A stretch of DNA of 64,000 bases, from positions 1,600,001-1,664,000 of the forward strand of contig OY968762.1 in the NCBI GenBank assembly GCA_963695225.1, written 5' to 3'. The translations under genes were made by a program, and so were the position numbers. Positions 28,958 to 37,650 of the stretch are shown one piece after another. Numbering within the stretch: the first letter of the stretch is position 1; the number at the start of each line of letters is the position of its first letter. The DNA is from Vulcanimicrobiota bacterium (GTDB taxonomy: Bacteria > Vulcanimicrobiota > Vulcanimicrobiia > Vulcanimicrobiales > Vulcanimicrobiaceae). Under the pieces are notes generated by a model. It worked only from the letters and a program-made list of their open reading frames with translations. It ran no database searches and had not been told where the DNA came from.

Positions 28958-30655
28958 TCAGGACCTCAGCAGCTCGGGCATCGGGACCGGCATTTGGTTG
29001 GGAGGCGGATCTTCGAGCCCCAGATACGGCAGCGGTTCGTTGAAGTTGTACGGCGTCTTGAGGACGGCCGGGATCGTCCTGAAGTTGTAGTACGGCGGCG
29101 GCGAGCTGATCATCCATTCGAGCGTCCGCGCGCCCCAGGGGTTGTTCCCGGCAACCCTCCCCTTCCGCAGGCTCCACCACATGTTATAGAACAGGAACAG
29201 CGTCGAGATCGCCATCAGGAACGAGAAGCACGATGCCACGACGTTCCAGAATTGGAACTGCGGATCATAGACGGCGACGCGGCGCGGCATCCCCATGAGC
29301 CCGAGCCAGTGCATCGGCAAGAACGTCCCGTTGAAACCGATGAACACGGTCCAGAAATGCCACCTTCCCAGCTTCTCGCTCAGCATGCGCCCCGTCATCT
29401 TCGGCCACCAATAATACAGGCCGGCGAAGATTCCGAAGACGCTCCCGCCGAAAAGCACGTAATGGAAGTGCGCGACGACGAAATACGTCCCGTGCTCGTG
29501 CAGATCGGTCGGCACCGAAGCCAAGAAGACGCCCGTGATCCCGCCGAACGTGAACGTCGCGAGGAACCCGACCGCGAAGAGCATCGCCGTCGTGAACCAC
29601 AGCCTTCCGCCCCAAATCGTGGCAAGCCAGGAAAATATCTTCACGCCCGTCGGGATTGCGACGAGCATCGTAAGGATCATGAACGGGAGCTGCAGCCACG
29701 GGGCTACGCCGCTCGTGAACATGTGGTGCACCCACACCATGAATCCGACGACCGCGATCGCGAGCGAGGAGAACGCGATCATCTTGTAGCCGAAGATCGG
29801 CTTGCGCGCAAAAGTCGGCAGGATCTCCGAGATGATCCCGAACGCGGGTAGGATCATAATGTAAACCGCAGGGTGCGAATAAAACCAGAACATGTGCTGC
29901 CAGAGCAGCGGGCTGCCGCCCCGCGCCGGATCGTAGAACGGCACGCCGAACACGCGCTCGAGGAAGAGCGCGAGCAGCGCGCCGGAGAGCGCGACCGTCG
30001 CGACCATGTTCATCGCCGCCGTAGCGAACGTAGCCCACACGAACAGCGGCATGCGGGTCCAGGTCATCCCAGGTGCGCGCATCTTGACGATCGTGACCAT
30101 GAAGTTCATCCCGGTCATCGTCGAACTGATCCCGATCAGGAAGATCGCGATGCACCAGAGCGTCGTGCCGGGCGGGCCCTGCAGCGAGACGGGCGGATAC
30201 TCCGTCCAGCCCGCATCGGGAGCGCCGATCAGGAACGACGAGAACAGTATGACTCCGGCAGGCGGGAAGAGCCAGAAGCTGGCCATGTTCAACCAAGGGA
30301 AGGCCACGTCACGCGCGCCGATCATCAGCGGCATCACGAAGTTTCCGAAGCCGCCCGTCACGATCGGGATGATGACGAGCCACACCATCGCCGATCCGTG
30401 CACGCTGTAGACGCCGTTGTACGCCTGCCCGCTCAGCAGCCGGCCGTCCGGGTTGAGCAGCTGCAAGCGAATGACTTCGGCGAGCAAACCGGAGATCACG
30501 AAGAACAGGAGGCCCGTGATCATGTACTGCAGCCCGATGATCTTGTGATCGATCGTGAAGATGTACTTGCGAATGAAGCCTTCCGGCTCAGGGTGGATGT
30601 GGTCTTCGCTTCCGTGCGGCCGCGGGTTGAACCGGTCGAGAGTCGTGACAGACAA
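28958..30655 (-). CDS. ctaD: Cytochrome c oxidase subunit I (A2-type)
   Basis: DHKIIG, GWTEYPP, FWFYSHPAVY, VWVHHMF, VAHFHY, GMPRR. Confidence 0.97.
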   Translation of the reverse strand: MSVTTLDRFNPRPHGSEDHIHPEPEGFIRKYIFTIDHKIIGLQYMITGLLFFVISGLLAEVIRLQLLNPDGRLLSGQAYNGVYSVHGSAMVWLVIIPIVTGGFGNFVMPLMIGARDVAFPWLNMASFWLFPPAGVILFSSFLIGAPDAGWTEYPPVSLQGPPGTTLWCIAIFLIGISSTMTGMNFMVTIVKMRAPGMTWTRMPLFVWATFATAAMNMVATVALSGALLALFLERVFGVPFYDPARGGSPLLWQHMFWFYSHPAVYIMILPAFGIISEILPTFARKPIFGYKMIAFSSLAIAVVGFMVWVHHMFTSGVAPWLQLPFMILTMLVAIPTGVKIFSWLATIWGGRLWFTTAMLFAVGFLATFTFGGITGVFLASVPTDLHEHGTYFVVAHFHYVLFGGSVFGIFAGLYYWWPKMTGRMLSEKLGRWHFWTVFIGFNGTFLPMHWLGLMGMPRRVAVYDPQFQFWNVVASCFSFLMAISTLFLFYNMWWSLRKGRVAGNNPWGARTLEWMISSPPPYYNFRTIPAVLKTPYNFNEPLPYLGLEDPPPNQMPVPMPELLRS

Positions 30656-30668
30656 GCGGGTCTCTCCG

Positions 30669-31778
30669 TTACTTTGCAGCTGTGCTGAGCAGGAAGGCGG
30701 TCAGGTTCGCGATGTCGAGGTTCGAGATCGCGTTCGCTTGCGCGTTGGGCATGATGCCCGCCGGGCCGTTGTACCCGTATCTGAGGATCTGCGCGATGTT
30801 GGCGGGCGACGGGATCGTGCCGTCGACGAGCATCGGATGCGCCCGATCGTGCGTCAGGTTGCCGAGCCCGGGGCCGACGATCTTCTGTTCGAACGCTCCG
30901 AGCGAGTGGCACGCCGCGCACTTCTGCCCGAAGAGCGCGCGGCCCGAATCGATGTTGCCTTGGGCGAAGGGTATCGCGCCGCCGCCCGCCGCCCCGAGGC
31001 CGGCCGCATGCTGCTGGACGGCCAGCCACCTCTGAAAATCTTGTTGCGAATCAACGTAGAGCGTATCGAACATCCGCCCGTGGTTGACGCCGCAAAACTC
31101 CGTGCAGATGATACGGTACTTGCCGATGCGCTCGGGCGTGAAACGGAGCGTTTGCACGAGCCCCGGCACCATATCCGCCTTCAAGCGGATCTCCGGAACC
31201 CAGAACGAGTGGATCACGTCGACGGACGTTACGTGGAGCGTCACCGGCGTGCCGGCCGGGACGTGCATTTCGTGATAGACGGATACTTTGAGGTTCGGAT
31301 AGCGGAATTCGTAATTGAATTGGTGGCCGATGGCCTCCATCGTCAGGACGTCACCGAGTTGGTTCTGAAGCTGCCCCCAGACCCGCACGCTGAGGACCGC
31401 GAGCACGAGTATGATGATGGTCGGGATGACCGTCCACCAGAGCTCGAGTTGTACGTTGTCGTGGACCTGAACGCCGATCGAGGTCAGCGGCTCGTCCCTG
31501 CGCCTCCGGAACGCGATCGCGAAGTAGACGAGATAGCCCCAAACGTAGATCGTGATCGCGGAGCCGAAGATCGCCATGAACTTGAAGAGCCAATCGATAT
31601 CGGCCGCCGGCTTCGCCGCCTCCGGCAGATACCGTTCGATCGGAAATGCGCCGATCGCGAACGCAAGGGCAACGTTGAAGGCCGTGATGCCGATCGTTAC
31701 CGGCCAAAAGCCGGGTCCCAGACTCTGCTTCTCCTGGGGATCGACGACTTGGCCCATACTACTTTCCGTGTTCTCCAT
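30669..31778 (-). CDS. ctaC: Cytochrome c oxidase subunit II with fused C-terminal cytochrome c (caa3 type)
   Basis: DVIHSFWVP, CuA motif CTEFCGVNHGRM, heme c motif CAACH. Confidence 0.95.
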   Translation of the reverse strand: MENTESSMGQVVDPQEKQSLGPGFWPVTIGITAFNVALAFAIGAFPIERYLPEAAKPAADIDWLFKFMAIFGSAITIYVWGYLVYFAIAFRRRRDEPLTSIGVQVHDNVQLELWWTVIPTIIILVLAVLSVRVWGQLQNQLGDVLTMEAIGHQFNYEFRYPNLKVSVYHEMHVPAGTPVTLHVTSVDVIHSFWVPEIRLKADMVPGLVQTLRFTPERIGKYRIICTEFCGVNHGRMFDTLYVDSQQDFQRWLAVQQHAAGLGAAGGGAIPFAQGNIDSGRALFGQKCAACHSLGAFEQKIVGPGLGNLTHDRAHPMLVDGTIPSPANIAQILRYGYNGPAGIMPNAQANAISNLDIANLTAFLLSTAAK

Positions 31779-31929
31779 TCCGAATGCGGAACTTTAGGAA
31801 AACCTCATTCGGCACGGGCGTCGCACTTCCGTCACGTAGTTTGATGCTGCGCGCGTACTGCAACTCACGCTGTAGGAGTCTCCTCCCGCCAAATGGAGCG
31901 CGCAATCCAAAAACATTAAGAACTTGAGG

Positions 31930-31959
31930 TTGCGCGAGCGCTCGCTTCCACCGTATACT
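31930..31959 (+). promoter_or_regulatory. Candidate sigma70 promoter of the repeat-peptide gene
   Basis: TTGCGC (31930-35), 18-nt spacer, TATACT (31954-59); palindrome GCGAGCGCTCGC (31934-45) overlaps the -35/spacer. Confidence 0.45.
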
Positions 31960-32024
31960 GTAGTCAACGGAGTTAGCGATCGAACGCAGGGCAAGGGAAG
32001 CCAAAAGCGTCCGCAGGGGTTCCC

Positions 32025-32375
32025 ATGCACGCGATTCTCGCTCTCACTCTGAGCGCTTTCTTGTCGTTTTTTAACATCAACGCGGGCCCGCTCGGCGGTT
32101 CCGGGATCGGCTCGCACACGAACGCCGGCCCGCTCGGCGGCTCCGGAATCGGCGGGCACACGAACGCCGGACCGCTCGGCGGCTCCGGGATCGGCGGACA
32201 CACGAATGCCGGTCCGCTCGGCGGCTCCGGGATCGGCTCGCAGACGAACGCCGGCCCGCTCGGCGGGTCCGGGATCGGCTCGCAGACGAACGCCGGCCCG
32301 CTCGGCGGCTCCGGGATCGGCTCGCACACGAACGCCGGCCCGCTCGGCGGCTCCGGAATCGGCGGGCACCAATAA
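32025..32375 (+). CDS. Secreted multi-repeat peptide precursor: 18-aa hydrophobic leader + 7 x 14-aa cores NAGPLGGSGIG[S/G][H/Q][T/Q]
   Basis: GCAGGGG RBS, ATG 32025, leader MHAILALTLSAFLSFFNI, stop directly after the 7th unit, downstream intrinsic terminator. Confidence 0.85.
   Translation: MHAILALTLSAFLSFFNINAGPLGGSGIGSHTNAGPLGGSGIGGHTNAGPLGGSGIGGHTNAGPLGGSGIGSQTNAGPLGGSGIGSQTNAGPLGGSGIGSHTNAGPLGGSGIGGHQ
32079..32372 (+). repeat. Seven tandem 42-bp coding repeats
   Basis: Units start at 32079, 32121, 32163, 32205, 32247, 32289 and 32331; consensus aacgccggcccgctcggcggctccgggatcggc-NNN-caN-acg; no spacers. Confidence 0.97.
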
Positions 32376-32430
32376 CCGATAACAGGTAAGTCGGCGGTCG
32401 ACTAAAGTATTGTCGGCCACCGACCGAAAT

Positions 32431-32475
32431 GCCAGGGAGCAGACTCCGTTTTGGAGCCTGTTCTCTGGCTTTTTT
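32431..32475 (+). terminator. Intrinsic terminator after the repeat-peptide gene
   Basis: Stem GCCAGGGAGCAGACTCC / GGAGCCTGTTCTCTGGC (G-U pairs, one mismatch) followed by TTTTTT. Confidence 0.8.
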
Positions 32476-32697
32476 GGGGTCCAGCCCACGTATCGTGAAT
32501 CTTTGCGAGTTCGTCCGGCAGGCCAAGTCGAGCGCCTTCGTTCCTAAGGGGGCGAGATTTACTGCGCGAGGGCGATCTTTCGCGAGGTCATGCCCGGCCC
32601 AGACGCTCGCCGAGCTAAGCACGAGACAGCGCTCCCGACGCGCTACGGCTACCCGCTGCTACGACAGCCTCTCCTCCCTACCAGGACAGGACTGACG

Positions 32698-34044
32698 ATG
32701 GCACTGGCGATTCGCAGCGAGGGGCATTGGGCAGACGAGGCCCGAGCAGTCTATTATGCGGGCCGCTACCGCGACTTCTTAGCGATGGTCGAAGGCGAAT
32801 CTTCAGCGCTCACGCCCAGCCTTCAACTGCTGGTGGCGAAGGCGCTATCGCGGATCGGCCGATGGAGGGAGAGTCTCCAGCAGCTCAAGGAACTCAGCGA
32901 TCCAACTCGCTTCGGTGTGGAAGCAGCGGTACACGCAATCCTGCAGCGCGCCGTCGCAGAGGTCACTGCCGGCAGCCAAGCGGGCGTCATGGCGTGCCTG
33001 GGCGAAGCGGCGCGTCTCGTATCCGCAAGTTACGATCCCGAACTCGAGTGCAGATTGCAACTTTATCGTGCTATGCACGCGTGGGCCACTCGCGATTTCT
33101 CGGCGACTGAAACCTATTCACGTAGCGCGATGTCGTCCACAAATCCTGAAACGCTCGCGCTAGCCGGCCAGTTTCTCGGGTTCGTTGCGGCAAGCCGCGG
33201 GCGTTACATGGAGCAGATCGCCATCCTCGAGAGCGCTCTGGCCGAACTCGACAGAATGTCGAATTGCGACATTTGGATAGAAGTCTCGATCCTGCAAAAC
33301 ATCTCCGGCATCATTCAAGATCTCTATCTGCCCGCGGTCGCGCGGCGAATGTCCGATCGAGCCGAAGCGATCGAATGGACCGAGGAACTCACGGTCCCTC
33401 GCTACCACGTGTTGCGCTCCCTCGCGTACTTCCGCTCGCTCGGGAGCGATCCGTTCCTGCCGTTCGAGTACCTGGACCGTGCCTGCGCGATCGCGCCGAC
33501 CGACACGTGGAAGCTCGTCTCACGGCTCGACAGGCTCTTCTTGTTCCAGGAGATGAGCGGAGACCGCATCCTCAAAGACTACAATGCCGCGAAAGAGCTG
33601 CAGCACGCGGAGGACCTTGCCGCCCGCATCGATTGGAGCACGGCTCACGGCGAGGACCATTTCGGCTTGCTCCTGCTTGCGGAAATCTTGTCCAAGAGCC
33701 GCCCGCGCGACGCCGCGGCTTATCTAGCGCAATATCGCAGATACCAACAATCGATGTCGCCGATCCTCATGGCAAGATCGGACGCGCGCTGGACCGCGAC
33801 CGAAGACTTCGTCGAAGGGATCGTCGTCGCGGCAAACGGGGACGCGGCTCGCGGGGTCGAGCTGATCGGAAAAGCGTTCGCGTTCTGGGACGACGTCGGC
33901 TACTCGTGGCGCGCGACGCGGGCTGCCATCAAGCTCTACGAGTTGACCGGAGAGGAGCGGCACATCGATTGGGCGTTCCGGGAGTCCCGGCGTTACCCGT
34001 ATTCGTGGCTCAGCGACGCCGTGTCGCGCGCCGGCCACCGCTGA
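32698..34044 (+). CDS. TPR-like all-helical protein, paralogue 1 (candidate peptide receptor)
   Basis: ATG 32698 after ACAGGAC; amphipathic helical repeats; shares GRYMEQIAI, NISG and FW..VGYSWRATRAA blocks with the next two genes. Confidence 0.8.
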   Translation: MALAIRSEGHWADEARAVYYAGRYRDFLAMVEGESSALTPSLQLLVAKALSRIGRWRESLQQLKELSDPTRFGVEAAVHAILQRAVAEVTAGSQAGVMACLGEAARLVSASYDPELECRLQLYRAMHAWATRDFSATETYSRSAMSSTNPETLALAGQFLGFVAASRGRYMEQIAILESALAELDRMSNCDIWIEVSILQNISGIIQDLYLPAVARRMSDRAEAIEWTEELTVPRYHVLRSLAYFRSLGSDPFLPFEYLDRACAIAPTDTWKLVSRLDRLFLFQEMSGDRILKDYNAAKELQHAEDLAARIDWSTAHGEDHFGLLLLAEILSKSRPRDAAAYLAQYRRYQQSMSPILMARSDARWTATEDFVEGIVVAANGDAARGVELIGKAFAFWDDVGYSWRATRAAIKLYELTGEERHIDWAFRESRRYPYSWLSDAVSRAGHR

Positions 34045-34157
34045 GCGCGTACCGTCCGGCCGCAAGTAAGGGTTGGGACTCGCCGCGCCGAACTCCCGGT
34101 CGGCAAGCATAGTTGTCCGGCGCGATCTCGCGCACCCCGGGCTTGCGGACGGCGTAT

Positions 34158-35510
34158 GTGACCGAGCACGACACGAACGGTTGGGGGGATACGGACGCGC
34201 GGACGCTCTTCCTGTCCGGCCGGTACTCCGACTTTCTCGACGCGGTCGAGACGTCCGATCCGCGCGCGATGCCGCCGGAAACGCGGCTGCTCGCAGCAAA
34301 GGCGCTCGCGCGCACGAACCGGGCGCCGGAGGCGGTCGAGATCCTTCAGTCGCTCTCAGACCCCGAAACGGTGGGCCTCGAACTGGCGGCGCAAGCCGCG
34401 CTGCACCGGACCGTGGCCTCGCTCGTGCTCGGGCAGGACGACAACGCCCGCGCTTGCATCGAGACCGCGGAACGCCTCGTCGCCGCAAGCCGCTGCGCCG
34501 AACTCGAAGCCCAATTACGGTTGCACCAAGCGCTCATGGCGTGGGCGAAGCGCGATTTCGCTGCGACCGAAACGTTCGCACGAAGCGCGATGTCTTCGGT
34601 CAGCGCGGAGACGCTGGCGCTGGCCGGGCAGTTTCTCGGGTTCGTTGCCGCGAGCCGCGGCCGGTATATGGAGCAGATCGCGATCTCGGAGGGCGCGCTC
34701 GCGGAACTCGACACGGTCCGCGAGCGAGATATCTGGATCGAAGTCTCCATCCTGCATAACATCTCCGGGATCATCGCCGATTTGTACTTGCCGGCAGTCG
34801 CCCGAAGAATGTCCGATCGGGCGGAAGCGATCGAATGGCCGAACGAGTTCAACGTTCAGCGCCACGTCATCTTGCGCGCGCTCGCATATTCCCGCTCGCT
34901 CGGCAGCGATCCGTTCTTGCCCTTCGAGTATTTGGACCGGGCGGCGGCCTTTGCGCCGACGGACGCATGGAAGCTCGTCTCCCGGCTCGATCGCATCTTC
35001 ATGATCCAAGAGATGAGCGGCGACCGGATCGTCAAGGATTTCGACGTTGCCGCGGAGCTCCGGCTTGCCGAAGAATCGGCGCAAAAGCTCGATTGGCGCA
35101 ACGCGGACGGCGAGGAGCGCTTCGCGCTAACTCTGCTCGCCGAAATCCTGGCCGACCAGCGCCCCAAAGACGCTGCAAAGTATCTCCAGCTCTATCGCGA
35201 TTCCCAGCAAGCCGTGTCGCCGCTGCTGATGGCGAAATCCGACGCTCGCAACTTCGCAACCGAAGATTTCGTCGAAGGGATCGTCGTTGCGGCGAACGGC
35301 GATACGCAGCGCGGCATCCGACTCGTCGGCAAGGCGTTCGAGTTCTGGGACGATGTCGGGTATTCGTGGCGCGCGACGCGCGCGGCGCTCAAGCTGTATC
35401 AGTTGAGCGGCGAAGAACGCCACATCGAATGGGCGTTCCGCGAGTCGCGCCGTTATCCGTATTCGTGGTTGAGCGAGGCCGTTTCGCGTGCCGGTCATCG
35501 TAAGACGTAG
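34158..35510 (+). CDS. TPR-like all-helical protein, paralogue 2 (start 34113-34158)
   Basis: Colinear with paralogue 1; long identical stretches such as GSDPFLPFEYLDRA and WAFRESRRYPYSWLS. Confidence 0.8.
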   Translation: MTEHDTNGWGDTDARTLFLSGRYSDFLDAVETSDPRAMPPETRLLAAKALARTNRAPEAVEILQSLSDPETVGLELAAQAALHRTVASLVLGQDDNARACIETAERLVAASRCAELEAQLRLHQALMAWAKRDFAATETFARSAMSSVSAETLALAGQFLGFVAASRGRYMEQIAISEGALAELDTVRERDIWIEVSILHNISGIIADLYLPAVARRMSDRAEAIEWPNEFNVQRHVILRALAYSRSLGSDPFLPFEYLDRAAAFAPTDAWKLVSRLDRIFMIQEMSGDRIVKDFDVAAELRLAEESAQKLDWRNADGEERFALTLLAEILADQRPKDAAKYLQLYRDSQQAVSPLLMAKSDARNFATEDFVEGIVVAANGDTQRGIRLVGKAFEFWDDVGYSWRATRAALKLYQLSGEERHIEWAFRESRRYPYSWLSEAVSRAGHRKT

Positions 35511-35616
35511 TTTCAGCTCTCTTACAAATTAAGCAATCCTCCCCGTGGACCGATACTCAACTGTAAGTCCGTCCTGCCTTCCTGCCGGCCGGTGGCGCCG
35601 CACCGCGTGAGTTCCA

Positions 35617-37008
35617 GTGCCCGCTGACGTAACACCCGCGCTCGAACGAGCGCACGCGCTGTTCTATAGGGGTCGTTATTCCGACTTCTTATCGGCATTC
35701 GCCGAATATCGCGCGGCGGGCGTGCACTCGCCTGCGACGACGCTCCTCGCTTCTGTGGCACTCGCGCGCAGAGGGCAAGCGCGCGAGGCGATCGAGTTCC
35801 TGCGCCTCATCGAAGACCCGAACGAGTACGGCCTCGAGGTCGCGATCGAGTCGCTCCTGCTCCAAAGCTGGGCCGAGCTCGTCGATCGAAATCCGGAACG
35901 GGCCACCGCCCGCGTCGAGCGGGCCGTCGCGCTTTCGGCCGGCGTCGGCGACACGGAGATCGCGTGTCGCATCGCCCTATGCCGGGCGCTGCACGCTTGG
36001 ACCGAGCGCGATATCGCGCGCGCCGAAGCGCTCGCACACGTCGCGATGTCGTCGACGAAAGGCGCGACGTTCGGCCCGGCGGCGCAGCTCCTGGGCTTCG
36101 CAGCCGCAAGCTGCGGCCGTTACATGGAGCAGATTGCGATTCTGGAGGCGACGCTCGCCCAGCTCGACCGGTGCCGGCACACCGATATGTGGCTCGAAGC
36201 ATCGCTGCTGCAAAACATCTCGGGCGTCGTCGCCGATTTTGCGCTGCCCGCTGTGGCGCGCCGCCTCTCCGAACGCACGCAGTCCATCGATTGGAGCGAG
36301 GAGACGGCCGTTCCGCTGTATCACATCTTGCGCTCGCTCTCCTACGCTCGCGTGTACGGAAGCGATCCGTCCGCGCCGCTCGAGTATCTCGAGCGCGCGG
36401 AGAACGTCGTCCCAAGCGACGCCTGGCGGCTCCTGGCGCTGCTCGACCGGATTCTCCTCGGCACGGAACTCGGCGCCCGGCGTCGCGCAGACGGCTTCGA
36501 CGTCGCGAACGCGCTCCGCGAAGCGCGGGAGCTGGCGGAGCGCGTCGATTGGCCGCAAATGCGCGGCGAAGAGTGCGTCGGGTTGCTCACGCTCGCCGAC
36601 TTACTCGCTCCCGAATGTCCGCAGGACGCCGCCCGGTATCTCGCGCGCTTTCGAGCGCTCAAAGAGAACCTCTCGCGTTCGCTGATGGCGCATTCCGACG
36701 CACGCTGGTCGGCGGCGGAGAATTACGTCGAGGGAGTGATCGCGGCGAGCCTCGATCCGGCGCGCGGCGTCGCACCGATCGCCGAAGCGTTCGCATTCTG
36801 GGAGAACGTCGGCTACTCGTGGCGCGCGACACGCGCCGCGCTCAAGCTCCACGAGCTGACCGGCGAACGCCGCTATCTCGATTGGGCGGATCGCGAGTCG
36901 CGGCTCTATCCGTTCTCCTGGATCGGCGACGCCGTCACCCGGGCGCGCGGACGGCGGCTAGCGCCTTTAGCCGGTTCCGGAGCGCGGCGCCGCAGCGACG
37001 AAGCGTGA
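35617..37008 (+). CDS. TPR-like all-helical protein, paralogue 3
   Basis: Same architecture and conserved blocks, more diverged; 3' end overlaps the convergent nanE. Confidence 0.8.
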   Translation: MPADVTPALERAHALFYRGRYSDFLSAFAEYRAAGVHSPATTLLASVALARRGQAREAIEFLRLIEDPNEYGLEVAIESLLLQSWAELVDRNPERATARVERAVALSAGVGDTEIACRIALCRALHAWTERDIARAEALAHVAMSSTKGATFGPAAQLLGFAAASCGRYMEQIAILEATLAQLDRCRHTDMWLEASLLQNISGVVADFALPAVARRLSERTQSIDWSEETAVPLYHILRSLSYARVYGSDPSAPLEYLERAENVVPSDAWRLLALLDRILLGTELGARRRADGFDVANALREARELAERVDWPQMRGEECVGLLTLADLLAPECPQDAARYLARFRALKENLSRSLMAHSDARWSAAENYVEGVIAASLDPARGVAPIAEAFAFWENVGYSWRATRAALKLHELTGERRYLDWADRESRLYPFSWIGDAVTRARGRRLAPLAGSGARRRSDEA

Positions 37009-37650
37009 CACGTTCGCATCCAGGTTCGTAAGCGCCGTGCCGACGACGACGGCACTCGCACCGGCTGCAAACGCGGCGGTGACGCTCGCCGGGTCGCCGA
37101 CGCCGCCTTCGCAGATGACGAACGAGTGGAACCGGCTGAAGCGATGGACCAGGTCGAGCGCGGGCAACGCCCGGCCGCGCGTCTCCCGCGTGTAGCCCGC
37201 GAGCGTCGTCGCGATGATGTCGGCCCCCGCTTCCGCCGCGTCGCGCGCTTCGTCTTCCGTCGAACAATCCGCCATCGCGAGCTTCGCCCGGCGGTGGATC
37301 TCGTTGATCGACGCGCGAATCCCGGCGCCGTCGAAGCGCGGCCGTTCCGTCGCATCGAAGGCGACGACGTGAGATCCCGCCAGCGCGGCTTCGGCGATCT
37401 CCTCGAGCGTCGAGGTGATGTACGGCTCGAATCCTTCGTGGACGCGCTTGATGATCCCGAGGATCGGCGCGTCGATCGCGCCGCGCACCGCGGCGATGCG
37501 TGCCGCCCCTTCGATGCGGACGCCGGCCGCGCCGTTCGCGATCGCGCAGCGCGCCAAGGTCGCGATCGTGAGCGGCGCGTTCAACACCGAATCCGGGTTC
37601 GCTTGAACCGAGACGATGAGGCCGCCGCGCAAGCGCTCGAGTACGTTCAT
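36967..37650 (-). CDS. nanE: N-acetylmannosamine-6-phosphate 2-epimerase
   Basis: GGLIVSVQA, PILGIIKR, YITST, MADCST, TTLAGYT, VVVGTALT. Confidence 0.92.
   Translation of the reverse strand: MNVLERLRGGLIVSVQANPDSVLNAPLTIATLARCAIANGAAGVRIEGAARIAAVRGAIDAPILGIIKRVHEGFEPYITSTLEEIAEAALAGSHVVAFDATERPRFDGAGIRASINEIHRRAKLAMADCSTEDEARDAAEAGADIIATTLAGYTRETRGRALPALDLVHRFSRFHSFVICEGGVGDPASVTAAFAAGASAVVVGTALTNLDANVSRFVAAAPRSGTG

Noticed and set aside
32079..32372. 42-bp repeat array as a CRISPR array
   Set aside because: Units are contiguous with no unique spacers, length is a multiple of 3, variation is codon-like, and no cas genes are present.
31794..32622. Antisense ORFs over the repeat (CEPIPEPPSGPAFV and ADPGAAERAGVRVR repeats)
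   Set aside because: Shadow frames of the repeat. The + frame has the RBS, leader, a stop flush with the last unit and a correctly oriented terminator.
32025..37008. Classical RiPP biosynthetic cluster
   Set aside because: No recognisable modifying enzyme, RRE domain or peptidase-containing transporter nearby, and the leader looks like an export signal.
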